From the NCBI GenBank assembly GCA_038065075.1, contig JBBTRQ010000011.1, forward strand, positions 5,924-69,923: a DNA stretch of 64,000 bases, written 5' to 3'. This stretch comes from Patescibacteria group bacterium. GTDB lineage: Bacteria > Patescibacteriota > Patescibacteriia > UBA9934 > GWF2-40-263. Of the stretch, positions 29,014-38,098 are shown piece by piece. Position 1 is the first letter of the stretch. Every line of letters starts with the position of its first letter. The notes under the pieces were generated by a model that worked only from the letters and a program-made list of their open reading frames with translations, did not search any database and had not been told where the DNA came from. The translations under genes and the position numbers were made by a program.

Positions 29014-29089
29014 GCTACTCATTCGTCAGATCAGTGTTCGTGGATCGGCTGATAATGTGGCGAAATAATAGCGGCTGAAGCTTTTTTCG

Positions 29090-29644
29090 TCAAGCGTCCA
29101 TGAGGGTTTCTATCTTTGCGACGGCTTCCTCAAGTTTGTCTTGACGGTTCACGATGCGGTGGTCGGCGGAAGCGGCGAAGGTCATCTCTCGTTCGATCGC
29201 GGCTTTGCGCTCCTCGAGTCCGGCGGTTGTGTCCTTGTCCCGCTTGGCGATTCGACTCAGGAGTTCATCTACGTTTTCTGCTTCGATGAACAAGAGGACG
29301 GCATGAGGGTTGGTTTGCTTGATCGTCTTGGCGCCTGCGACGTCGACGACAAACAGGACGTCGTACCCTGCCTCCATGAGCGCTGTCACGTCCGATCGCC
29401 GACTGCCGTAGAGGTTGTCATAGTGCTCGTCCCACTCAAACATGGAGCCCTCGTCGATGAGTTTCTGGAACGTCTCCCGCGACAGGAAGTGATAGGACAT
29501 GCTGTCCGTCTCTCCCTCGCGGATAGGTCGCGTCGTGCAGGTGACGACTTTTTTGAGAGTGGATCGGCGTTTGAGGAGTTCCATCGCGACAGTCGTTTTC
29601 CCAACGCCACTGGGGCCGGTGATGATGTAGAGGTTTCCTCGCAT
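29090..29644 (-). CDS. gmk: Guanylate kinase
   Basis: TGPSGVGKTT, TTRPIREGE, YHFLS, NLYGS, VDVAGA. Confidence 0.93.
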   Translation of the reverse strand: MRGNLYIITGPSGVGKTTVAMELLKRRSTLKKVVTCTTRPIREGETDSMSYHFLSRETFQKLIDEGSMFEWDEHYDNLYGSRRSDVTALMEAGYDVLFVVDVAGAKTIKQTNPHAVLLFIEAENVDELLSRIAKRDKDTTAGLEERKAAIEREMTFAASADHRIVNRQDKLEEAVAKIETLMDA

Positions 29645-29649
29645 AGGTT

Positions 29650-30570
29650 CTAGCCCCGTTTAAGTTTTCCCAGGATCTCTTCAAGCTCATCCGGAAGTGG
29701 CGCTACAAAACTTTTTTCTTTTCCGTCCATCAGACGAATCGTCAGTCTATGCGAGTGGAGGAACAGGCGGCCGAGCGGAATCTCTCGGAATTTCATGCCG
29801 TGGACTTTGTAGAGCTTGTCGCCCACGATCGGATAACCCAGCGCCTGGAAGTGCACGCGGATTTGGTGCGTGCGGCCAGTGAGGATTTTGACATTCACAT
29901 AGGTCGTGATCGAGAAGCGCTCAAGGACATCATACTGGGTGATGGCGTCTTTGCCTTCCTGGTCGCCGGTGCGCGCGACCATGCGACCTTTCATTTTAGA
30001 ACGCGCGATCTTGAGCGAGATGGTGTCGGTCTCTTTGGGGAGCGTGCCGTAGACCAGCGCGAGGTATTCTTTCTTGGTCGTGCGATTTTGGAACTGGAGC
30101 TTGAGCGCGTCGAAGGCTGGCTGGGTTTTGGCGACCACCATGAGTCCCGAAACATCTTTGTCGAGGCGATGCACAATGCCGGGACGGGTGGGATCATCAC
30201 CAACATCTGCGATTTCTGGATGCCGTTCTAACAGGCCGTCCACGACGGTGACGCGATGTTCATCTTTGAGAGCTTCGTGGACGAGAAGTCCCGCGGGTTT
30301 GTTGATGACCAGCAGATCGTCGTCTTCATAGACAACGTCCAGGATCGGTGTGACACCGTCTTTTACCGGGACGGTGAGTTCGACCTCTGGGTAGAAAATC
30401 GTATCCCCGGTGGAGAGCATTTCACCGGTTTTGACGCTCTTTCCGTTGAGCGTAATGCCCCCTTGCTTGATGAGTCGCTGGATCTGCGAGCGGGAGGCCT
30501 CCATGGCGTCGGTCAGGTATTTGTCGAGTCGTTCGCCTTTGTGGTTGGCAGGAATTTCAATCGTTGGCAT
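29650..30570 (-). CDS. RluA/RluD-family pseudouridine synthase
   Basis: S4 domain RLDKYL; INKPAGL, HRLDKDVSG, TGRTHQIRVH, IVGDKLY, LHS. Confidence 0.93.
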   Translation of the reverse strand: MPTIEIPANHKGERLDKYLTDAMEASRSQIQRLIKQGGITLNGKSVKTGEMLSTGDTIFYPEVELTVPVKDGVTPILDVVYEDDDLLVINKPAGLLVHEALKDEHRVTVVDGLLERHPEIADVGDDPTRPGIVHRLDKDVSGLMVVAKTQPAFDALKLQFQNRTTKKEYLALVYGTLPKETDTISLKIARSKMKGRMVARTGDQEGKDAITQYDVLERFSITTYVNVKILTGRTHQIRVHFQALGYPIVGDKLYKVHGMKFREIPLGRLFLHSHRLTIRLMDGKEKSFVAPLPDELEEILGKLKRG

Positions 30571-30643
30571 AGATGTTGGGATTATAGCAATCACGCGCAG
30601 GATTGACAGCCTTGGGTGGTATACTAGTGTAAACCAACAATAT

Positions 30644-30720
30644 AGGGGCGTAGCTCAGTTGGTTAGAGCTCCGAGCTTATACCTCTGTGGTCGATGGTTC
30701 GACTCCATCCGCCCCTACCA
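30644..30720 (+). tRNA. tRNA-Ile with UAU anticodon
   Basis: AGGGGCG/CGCCCCT acceptor stem, GCTC/GAGC D-arm, loop CT-TAT-AC, GATGG-TTCGACT-CCATC, A73 + CCA; upstream TGGTATACT. Confidence 0.88.
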
Positions 30721-30728
30721 AAACACCT

Positions 30729-30899
30729 ATGCCTTTTCTTATTCTTGGAGTCATCATGCTCATCATCGGTATCATCTTCCTGCGTCGGGCCATCAGAGGT
30801 CAGGACAAGGAAGGAGTGATTGGCGTTATGGCGCTCATCATCGCTTCGGTTATCATGATTCTGTTTTTCGGGCTCTTCTACACCTTGACCATTTTTTAG
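30729..30899 (+). CDS. Small two-TM membrane protein
   Basis: 56 aa hydrophobic ORF from ATG 30729, coupled to next gene. Confidence 0.6.
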   Translation: MPFLILGVIMLIIGIIFLRRAIRGQDKEGVIGVMALIIASVIMILFFGLFYTLTIF

Positions 30900-30900
30900 T

Positions 30901-31353
30901 ATGGATGCCGAACTCACTTCCTTTCTCATCGTGCTTTCGCTTCTCTGGTTTGTGGTCTACTGGGTCTTGGGCGGAGTCTTCTTTGCCGTCGTGACGATGA
31001 TGCGACTTGGCCGTTTGCGCAAGGTTCGCTTCAGTTGTCTATTCTCGATTCTTTCGCTTGTCATCGGGATCGGCGTAGCTTATATCGGAGTCAAAGGTTC
31101 GCAAGAGGCGGTGAGTGATTGTCTGGGAGAGGCCGTGACGAATGCCGAGAAGATGACGGCCGTGCTGGGATGCGGCGCCGCGAGTATCTTCGGGATGTTT
31201 CTCTTGGGCGCGCTTGTCCTCACGATCGGCGGGTTCCTCATCATGGCCGTTTCCAAAAGTAAGAGCCAGCCATGGATCGTCCTGGATCACGAGGAGATGC
31301 AGGATCAGCCACCACAAGACGACATCCCCAAAAGTCAGTTCTTTGAGGGTTGA
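30901..31353 (+). CDS. Hypothetical membrane protein
   Basis: 150 aa, three hydrophobic segments. Confidence 0.7.
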   Translation: MDAELTSFLIVLSLLWFVVYWVLGGVFFAVVTMMRLGRLRKVRFSCLFSILSLVIGIGVAYIGVKGSQEAVSDCLGEAVTNAEKMTAVLGCGAASIFGMFLLGALVLTIGGFLIMAVSKSKSQPWIVLDHEEMQDQPPQDDIPKSQFFEG

Positions 31354-31378
31354 CGATTCGAACCTTTCCTCGTACACT
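31350..31378 (+). promoter_or_regulatory. Sigma70-type promoter of tRNA-Val
   Basis: TTGACG-N17-TACACT. Confidence 0.65.
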
Positions 31379-31410
31379 TTTGCCTGTCTTGAAAAGACAC
31401 AAGTCTAGCC

Positions 31411-31487
31411 GGGCGGTTAGCTCACTTGGTTAGAGCGCTACATTGACATTGTAGAGGTGACTGGTTCGAGTCCAGTACCGCCCACCA
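31411..31487 (+). tRNA. tRNA-Val(GAC)
   Basis: GGGCGGT acceptor, CTACA-TTGACAT-TGTAG anticodon arm, GGTTCGAGTCC, CCA. Confidence 0.95.
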
Positions 31488-31500
31488 AAAATCCCCCAGT

Positions 31501-32880
31501 CTAGCTGGAGGATTTTTGTTTGAGTTCCTGTTCGAGCCAGTCCAGAGCATCTTCGCGGCGCATGAGCAGTCCATCGAGTTGTCGATCGCGTACCTGGTCG
31601 AGTAAGAGACGGATCTGCGGTCCTGCGAGGACTCCCAGGGCGAGGACATCTTGTCCCGACACCAGGGGAGCGATTGACTCATCGTGATCCACCAACCATC
31701 GGTCTTCCATCTGCTTGCGTCGTATGCGGATGGCTTGTGCCAGCTCCTTTTGACCCAGCAGATCAAGACACCGGACAAACAACAGACCTTTGCCGTTGAA
31801 GAAACAGCGTTCAAACTCGCTGGCACGCATGGCTTGGACTTCTGTTGGACGGAAGTTTTTTTGGAGCAGATCGATGAGCGCGACAATTTGGTCGGCCTCG
31901 GTGCGCCCCGCAGATCCGCGCTCCAGAGTGTCCAGTCCTGTGAAGGAAAGCGCTTGGTGAACGGCCGTCTTGTTGAGGGCGCGCAGAAGCAATGTCAGGA
32001 CGATGGTCAATTCCCCGGGAGTCGCTTGCGCAAGAGGAGTGAGGTACTTGAGATCCGTGTTCAACAGTGCTTGAATATCTGGGAACAATTCGGCGATCGC
32101 GCCGTGGGCCTGAAGTTGTTGGAGACCTCGTGTCGGGTTGCGAGAAAGAGTCTTAGCAAGTTCCACCCCGACGGTCTCTCGAGGCACGATATATTCGAGT
32201 TTTCCGTTCACCTCTTTTTGCGTGTTGATTCTTGGGAGGAGCTCCTTCATGGCAAGGCTTGTCGCTTCGTCTAGGACGAACTCGAGCTCAGAAGCGAAGC
32301 GGATGCCGCGCAGGATGCGTGAGAGATCCTCGGTGAATCGTTGCGTGGGGTTTCCCACCGCGCGGATGAGTTTGCGTTGAAGATCCGCTTGTCCGTTGAA
32401 CGGGTCGATGAGCGTTCGCGTGCGGACGTCAAAGGCCATGGCATTGATCGTGAAGTCCCTTCGTGCGAGATCGTCCTCAATAGACAGGTTGGGATCTGAT
32501 TGGACGTCAAAATCTTTGTAGCCTCCGAGGCTTCCGTCCGCTACGGCCTCGGTGCGTGGAAGCGCGATGTCGATGAACGCCATGTCACGGGTCGAGAAGC
32601 CCTTCGGCATGAATTTGTAGACGCCGAAATGTTGACCGACGAGGTTGAGCTCGCCGCGCTCACCCAGCCACGCTTCCAGGTTCGTTTGATCTAAACCCTG
32701 TACGACGAAGTCAAAGTCGAATTCTCGAATGCGACGATTCAGCAAAAGATCCCGCACGGCTCCGCCGACGAGGAACAAATTGGCCTTTGGAAATGCAAAA
32801 AGAAAATCATGAACAAACGAAAGACCTGGTTGCGATGTGAGTGTTTGAGTGATGTGTTCCTCCTGGAGCATATGACTCAT
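31501..32880 (-). CDS. CCA tRNA nucleotidyltransferase / poly(A) polymerase family
   Basis: VGGAVRDLL, DFD, EDDLARRDFTINAMA, RFTEDLSRILRGIRF. Confidence 0.9.
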   Translation of the reverse strand: MSHMLQEEHITQTLTSQPGLSFVHDFLFAFPKANLFLVGGAVRDLLLNRRIREFDFDFVVQGLDQTNLEAWLGERGELNLVGQHFGVYKFMPKGFSTRDMAFIDIALPRTEAVADGSLGGYKDFDVQSDPNLSIEDDLARRDFTINAMAFDVRTRTLIDPFNGQADLQRKLIRAVGNPTQRFTEDLSRILRGIRFASELEFVLDEATSLAMKELLPRINTQKEVNGKLEYIVPRETVGVELAKTLSRNPTRGLQQLQAHGAIAELFPDIQALLNTDLKYLTPLAQATPGELTIVLTLLLRALNKTAVHQALSFTGLDTLERGSAGRTEADQIVALIDLLQKNFRPTEVQAMRASEFERCFFNGKGLLFVRCLDLLGQKELAQAIRIRRKQMEDRWLVDHDESIAPLVSGQDVLALGVLAGPQIRLLLDQVRDRQLDGLLMRREDALDWLEQELKQKSSS

Positions 32881-32897
32881 TGTAACAGAAACGATCA

Positions 32898-32922
32898 GGA
32901 CGGGGCTAAAGCCCCTATGAAA
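32898..32922. repeat. REP-like repeat
   Basis: GGACGGGGCTAAAGCCCCTATGAAA, exact inverted copy of 6581-6605. Confidence 0.8.
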
Positions 32923-32925
32923 AAT

Positions 32926-34068
32926 TTATTTCACAGCCGCTTTAGCGGCGTTCCGATAGACGTCAAACGTTTTCTCGCACATAGACTCAAAGGAAAAGTT
33001 CGACTCGACGCTGTGACGGGCTTGGAGGCCCATGGAGGTTCGGGTGTGCTCCTCGCCAATGAGTCGTGAGAGCGCGTTGACGAGTTGATCGAGATCGTCG
33101 ACCAAGATACCGCCGCCGTGCTCAAGCGCTTCGGGGATCCCACCCACACGCGAGGCAATGACGGGGATACCGGCGCTCATGGCCTCGAGGATCGAGTAGG
33201 GGAATCCTTCCCAATGTGAGAGTAAAACAAAGATGTCGGCCTGGGTACGGAGTTGCTTGAGCACTTCCTCACGGGGAAGCGCGCCCAGGAGCGTGATGTT
33301 GTCCTCAAGTTGTTGCTCGCGAATTTGTTCCTCGAGCCGTTTGAGATCAGGGCCCTCGCCGATGATCACGACGCGCACACGATCTCGGAGCTCGCGAGGG
33401 AGTCGGGCGATGGCCTCAATGAGCAGGAACGGATTTTTCGGAGGTGCGAGTCTCCCAACGAAATAGATTTGTACGCATGTCCTCATCCCACTCTTATCTG
33501 TGTCATCCCGAGCGAGGCCAACGGCCGAGTCGAGGGATCTCGAAGTTTCAATCCCATTGTATATCTGTACGAGCTTTTCCACCGGAGCGATGCGATTCGC
33601 GCGAGCCAGCTTCAAGTCATTCTGCGAAACACAAATAATGCGTTTCGAGAACCTCCCGGCGGTGCGCTCGAGGAATGGCACCAGAAGTCGTCGCAGGCGC
33701 GGCGCTCCTTGGGTAAATCCCCAGCCATGCGCGGTGAAAATCGTTGGAATGCGACCGCGCAGACGGAGTCGTCCAACGAGACCTGCCATGGTGCTGTGGC
33801 AGGCGACGAGGTCTGGCTTGAATTCATCGACCGCCTCGAGGAAACGCCGGCTCGCACGCCACAGACGCAAGGGACTCGCGGTGTTGCCGAGCTCGTCATT
33901 GGAAAAGAATTGTCCGCCGAGTCGAGCGGTCTCTCCCTCAAGCCAACCGCCAGGCATGCTCATAACCGCAACCTCATGGCCGTGCAGGACGAGCCAACGG
34001 GTAAGTTGTGCGACATGCGTTTGTGCCCCGCCTTGCTCTGACTTTGTGATGAAGAAGAATACGCGCAT
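32926..34068 (-). CDS. GT4 glycosyltransferase
   Basis: GGAQ, FTAHGW, VGRL..PK, EGFPYSILEAM. Confidence 0.92.
   Translation of the reverse strand: MRVFFFITKSEQGGAQTHVAQLTRWLVLHGHEVAVMSMPGGWLEGETARLGGQFFSNDELGNTASPLRLWRASRRFLEAVDEFKPDLVACHSTMAGLVGRLRLRGRIPTIFTAHGWGFTQGAPRLRRLLVPFLERTAGRFSKRIICVSQNDLKLARANRIAPVEKLVQIYNGIETSRSLDSAVGLARDDTDKSGMRTCVQIYFVGRLAPPKNPFLLIEAIARLPRELRDRVRVVIIGEGPDLKRLEEQIREQQLEDNITLLGALPREEVLKQLRTQADIFVLLSHWEGFPYSILEAMSAGIPVIASRVGGIPEALEHGGGILVDDLDQLVNALSRLIGEEHTRTSMGLQARHSVESNFSFESMCEKTFDVYRNAAKAAVK
33501..33540. repeat. REP-like unit in-frame in the GT4 interdomain linker
   Basis: TGTCATCCCGAGCGAGGCCAACGGCCGAGTCGAGGGATCT, read as RSLDSAVGLARDD; same GTCAT..CGAG start as 28297. 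Confidence 0.6.
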
Positions 34069-34070
34069 AC

Positions 34071-36218
34071 CTAGTTCAACGACTCAATAAACGCATCGGC
34101 CTGCTTCGCCATGCTGGGGTCGAGTTCCTTGAGACGTGTGGCCGCATCGATGGCCTCTTGGGTTTGACCGACGGTGGCATAGGTGGCAGCGAGGTTGGCC
34201 AGCAAGGACGGATCCTCTGGATTTTCCTCTAGCCATGCCTCATAGAGCTCGATAATCTTTCCGTATTCTTGTTGGGCGAGGAGCAATTCCGCGATCCATG
34301 ACACCTGCTCCTTAGAAGCCACCTGGATGTCTCCCAACGTTCCTCGATATCCATACTTCGCGGTTAAGGCCAGGTCGCCCTCTTTGAACGCGATTTCAGA
34401 CAAGATTAAGTAGAGGCTAGGCGTGTCTGGGTATGAGGCCACGAGAGATTCGACGAGTACCTTGGCCTGCGCGACATCGCCGTTGCGCAGGAAGATAAGG
34501 GCAAGAACTCGTTTGGGTTCAAATCGCGCCGGGGCGAGTTCGATGGCGCGTTGAGCCGCGTCCAACCCTTCTTGTACCACAGGGGCATCTTGAAGAGTTG
34601 CCTTGAGGTAATAGAGAAAGCCCAGATCGCTCCACACACGCGCTCGAAATGGATGACGACTCGTGCTGAGTTGATGTTGACGGATCGCTTCATCGACAAC
34701 CTCCTCCTCAAGCGTCGAGGACTTCACAAAGGACTGAACGAGCAAGACATACTTGTTCGCGATGAGGGTGTCGTCCAGGACGATGTTTTGTGAGGCGGCG
34801 GCTTGATAGGACGCACGGGCGGTTTGAGGGTCGTCTTCTAGAAAGCGTTGGCCAGTTCCGATCGTGTAGGCAAGAGTATGGTAGGGGAGGACGAAGGTAA
34901 TGATTCCAACCAGAGCCACCGTGCATCCGACAAAAAAGGCTGGTGTGGAACCATGCGAAGGATGAGTGACGTGTTTTTGTGTGAGCTCGGGTGTGGCACT
35001 GATAAGGGCGATCAAAAAAAGGAACGTCAGCAGTTCACTAAACGTATGGAAGACAAATTGGCCCTGGATCACGTAGGCGGTAAGTCCGGCCAAAAGGATG
35101 AGAGATTGGGTCGTGCGGAGACGCAAGCCCTGTCGATACAGAAGAACCAGCAGAGCCAGGTAGAGGCCAAAGCCGATAAGGCCTGTGGTGGTGAGCCATT
35201 CGATGGCGATGTTGTGAGGCTTGTCCGGCCAGGTCGTTGAGCTGTCGTAGGTTTCTTCTGTGAACAACTGGTCGGCGATGCGATAAAAATTTCCCGGTCC
35301 CAACCCAAGGACAGGTGCTTGTTGCCATCCTCGCAAGCCCATCTCCCAGTAGGCCAAACGCGAGAGCACGTTGGTATCACCCACTTGGACGAGACGGGAC
35401 AAACCGGTTTGTTCAGGAGCGAACGTCACGACCGCAAAAAGAAGCGCGACGCCGATGGCGACCACCGCAAGGGATTTTGTGAGGAAGGGTTTGAGAGAGG
35501 TCCGATGCGTGGTGATGTGAGAGACAAACCAGAACAGACCGCCTGCCAGAAGCCCAACGAACGCTCCGCGCGTTCCCGAGAGGAGGATCGCTCCCATCAT
35601 GATTGTGCTTGCGAGGCGATACAGGGTTTTGTGTTTCTTCGCGCCGTCAGACGCACGCGCGAGACTCAAGAAAAGCGGGAGAATGAGAAAGCTCGACAAG
35701 AAGATGGGGTTTCCCAGAACACTTGCCACGCGACCTTCTTGGCTCACAAATGAAGGAAAGAGCCAGCCTTCAAACAGCGCATAGAACGCGATGAGCGTGG
35801 CAACGCCAATGAGGATGTTCGTGTACGTTCGTTTCCATCGCTCCTGATGGGTGAAGAGTTCGTAGAGGTACAAGACGACCAGAAATCCATGAATGAAGAG
35901 AACCACACTCACAGGACGCTGGAGGGTCCCCAAAAAACTGTTGAGCGGATCGATGCCTAAGAGGGAGGAAAGAATCAGGGTGAGAATGAACGCGGCAAAC
36001 GTCAGGATAATCGGTTGTCGAAATACGGACCAAGGTTCTTTTTTTTGAAAGAGGATGGCTAAGTAACAAGGGAGAGCCAGGAGCGTCAGCAGAAGGAAGG
36101 CGATGACTTTCGCGGTACTCATCGCTTGGATGTAGGACGGAAAAAATAGGATGGGAGTGACCAGAATGAGGCCGCAGAGTACGCCCAGGATCGTGTAGAG
36201 ACGTTTGGTGGTAAACAT
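34071..36218 (-). CDS. O-antigen ligase / O-oligosaccharyltransferase-like (Wzy_C) + TPR protein
   Basis: Multi-TM; SVLGNP, TRGA, R..YW, GLGPGNF, PDKPHN, C-terminal TPRs. Confidence 0.85.
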   Translation of the reverse strand: MFTTKRLYTILGVLCGLILVTPILFFPSYIQAMSTAKVIAFLLLTLLALPCYLAILFQKKEPWSVFRQPIILTFAAFILTLILSSLLGIDPLNSFLGTLQRPVSVVLFIHGFLVVLYLYELFTHQERWKRTYTNILIGVATLIAFYALFEGWLFPSFVSQEGRVASVLGNPIFLSSFLILPLFLSLARASDGAKKHKTLYRLASTIMMGAILLSGTRGAFVGLLAGGLFWFVSHITTHRTSLKPFLTKSLAVVAIGVALLFAVVTFAPEQTGLSRLVQVGDTNVLSRLAYWEMGLRGWQQAPVLGLGPGNFYRIADQLFTEETYDSSTTWPDKPHNIAIEWLTTTGLIGFGLYLALLVLLYRQGLRLRTTQSLILLAGLTAYVIQGQFVFHTFSELLTFLFLIALISATPELTQKHVTHPSHGSTPAFFVGCTVALVGIITFVLPYHTLAYTIGTGQRFLEDDPQTARASYQAAASQNIVLDDTLIANKYVLLVQSFVKSSTLEEEVVDEAIRQHQLSTSRHPFRARVWSDLGFLYYLKATLQDAPVVQEGLDAAQRAIELAPARFEPKRVLALIFLRNGDVAQAKVLVESLVASYPDTPSLYLILSEIAFKEGDLALTAKYGYRGTLGDIQVASKEQVSWIAELLLAQQEYGKIIELYEAWLEENPEDPSLLANLAATYATVGQTQEAIDAATRLKELDPSMAKQADAFIESLN

Positions 36219-36225
36219 AGGCGGG

Positions 36226-37062
36226 TTATCTGAGCGAATGATGGGCGTAGATTTTTTGGCCGAACACATGGACGCGTGCCCATCGAACGATCGAGAGTGG
36301 AAGGATGGAGGCGATGAAGGGTTTGAGAAGATAGATCGCGTTCCAGAGTGGATAGTCGCCTCGACGCAGAGCGCTCACGCGAGCACGTACGGCACAGCGT
36401 AGTTGTGCCCGCTCGCTCGCAAAGGAGATCATGTTTTTGACCAGACGTTTTTGCATGAGAACTTCAGGTAGGTTGGCCATGCGGCTTGTGCGTGAGAGCC
36501 TAAGCCAGAGATCGTAGTCTTGGGCGCGACGGTAGGATTCATCGTAGCCGTGCACGCGATCTAGCGTTGTGCGGCGTATCATCACGGAGCTGTGGAGCAG
36601 GGGATTGGTGCGCGGGAGCGTGCGGTGGATGTCATCGGGGTCGGTGATGACGTGTGGGCGGCCGATGACTCTGTCGTCTTCGTCGATCCACTCGTAGGCT
36701 GTTCCTACGACGTCGATGTCTGGATGTGTTTCTAGGAACGCGACTTGTTTCTCGAGTCGGTGAGGGAGGGCCACGTCATCCGCGTCCATGCGGGCGATGA
36801 AGTTGCCGCGCGCTTGTGCAAGGGCGATGTTGAGCGATTTCGTGAGCCCGAGGTTTGTGGGGTTGGTGATGACGCGGATATGGACATCTTGCGCGGCGAG
36901 CTCGCGCAGGATCTCCGACGTTGCGTCTGTTGAGGCGTCATCGATGATCAAGAATTCAAAATCACGGAAGGTCTGGTTCAGGAGGCTCTCGACCGCCTGG
37001 TGCACGAATCGCTCGGCATTATGGACGGATAGAAGGATGGAAATTTTTATGCGCGTGTTCAC
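36226..37062 (-). CDS. GT2 glycosyltransferase
   Basis: ISILLSVHN, IIDDASTD, ARMDADD, AQDYDLW; start uncertain. Confidence 0.9.
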   Translation of the reverse strand: MNTRIKISILLSVHNAERFVHQAVESLLNQTFRDFEFLIIDDASTDATSEILRELAAQDVHIRVITNPTNLGLTKSLNIALAQARGNFIARMDADDVALPHRLEKQVAFLETHPDIDVVGTAYEWIDEDDRVIGRPHVITDPDDIHRTLPRTNPLLHSSVMIRRTTLDRVHGYDESYRRAQDYDLWLRLSRTSRMANLPEVLMQKRLVKNMISFASERAQLRCAVRARVSALRRGDYPLWNAIYLLKPFIASILPLSIVRWARVHVFGQKIYAHHSLR

Positions 37063-37073
37063 ATGGGGATGGC

Positions 37074-37979
37074 TCAGATTGATGGAAAGATTAGTTGCAA
37101 GATACGATTCAATCTTTTTTTGAAAACATACAGGAGATGTCTTGTCTGATGTTTCCATAGGGCTGTTTTAATCTTTCTCAGGCTTTCCTTTCGAAATTCC
37201 TTATGTTCTCCCGGTTTGGCAAGGACGCTGATCCCTCTGTCGGTTACTTCTTGTATGATCGTTTGGAAGCCAGTTTTTGAAAGGAGGTTTGTGATAGTTA
37301 TTGGTGTGAACATCATCATATGAATGCTAGAGAAATAGTCAAAAATGGTTCGATCCGCTCTCATTGAGAAGATATTCGGAACCTCGATGAATAGCACGCC
37401 ATGTTGGGATAATTTCGAGTGTACAGCATTCAGGAACACGACGGGATTTGTTGTGTGTTCAATTACGTGGAGCGCGATAATGAGATTAAATGTTTCGTTT
37501 TGGAAAGTTGTTTCATTGAAGAAGCCAGTCTGAATGTCTAAGCCGAGGTTTTCTCTAGCATATTGTGAGAGGGGGAAAGAAGGCTCCACACCACGCACAT
37601 TCCAACCTTCCTCTCGTAACGAATGAAGCAAAAAACCTGATGAGCTCCCAATTTCCAGAACGCTACCCCTTTCGTTTTTGTTGAGATGTTTCTGAAGCCA
37701 TGCTGTTTTTTTTTGGGCGTCGAGTTTCGAGCACTTGAAATATTTTCCTGATGTTTCTAACTCGAATTCTCCCTGTTTGTAAAATGCGTTTAATGACAGG
37801 TGGTCTGGCTGGGGATTTTGGAAGGCGAATCCACAATATTCGCACGAGACGTATTGGATATCAGCGCAGGCGATTTTTTTTATGTATCGATCTTTTTTGT
37901 GTCGTAATAATCGGCGTTGTTGTTTTGAATAACAGATCGGACAAGGCAAGTCTGTGTTCGTAGCTGGTTCAGCACACAT
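37074..37979 (-). CDS. Class I SAM methyltransferase with N-terminal Zn-binding CxxC pairs (AT-rich)
   Basis: CPIC..CEYC, VLEIGSSSG, GVEPS, HVIEH, IEVPN. Confidence 0.85.
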   Translation of the reverse strand: MCAEPATNTDLPCPICYSKQQRRLLRHKKDRYIKKIACADIQYVSCEYCGFAFQNPQPDHLSLNAFYKQGEFELETSGKYFKCSKLDAQKKTAWLQKHLNKNERGSVLEIGSSSGFLLHSLREEGWNVRGVEPSFPLSQYARENLGLDIQTGFFNETTFQNETFNLIIALHVIEHTTNPVVFLNAVHSKLSQHGVLFIEVPNIFSMRADRTIFDYFSSIHMMMFTPITITNLLSKTGFQTIIQEVTDRGISVLAKPGEHKEFRKESLRKIKTALWKHQTRHLLYVFKKRLNRILQLIFPSI

Positions 37980-38025
37980 AGCTATTTTTGATTTCTCTTA
38001 GGAAGCAATAGAGATCCGTGGTGAT

Positions 38026-38089
38026 TTAGGCTCCTTCCCGCTGTAGCTCTTTTTCACCTGAAGACGGACATGATGACAGAGATCGTCAT
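38026..38089 (-). pseudogene. N-terminal relic of a GT2 gene
   Basis: ATG ACG ATC TCT GTC ATC ATG TCC GTC TTC = MTISVIMSVF, then frameshifted GEKELQRE. Confidence 0.55.
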
Positions 38090-38098
38090 GGCAGAATA

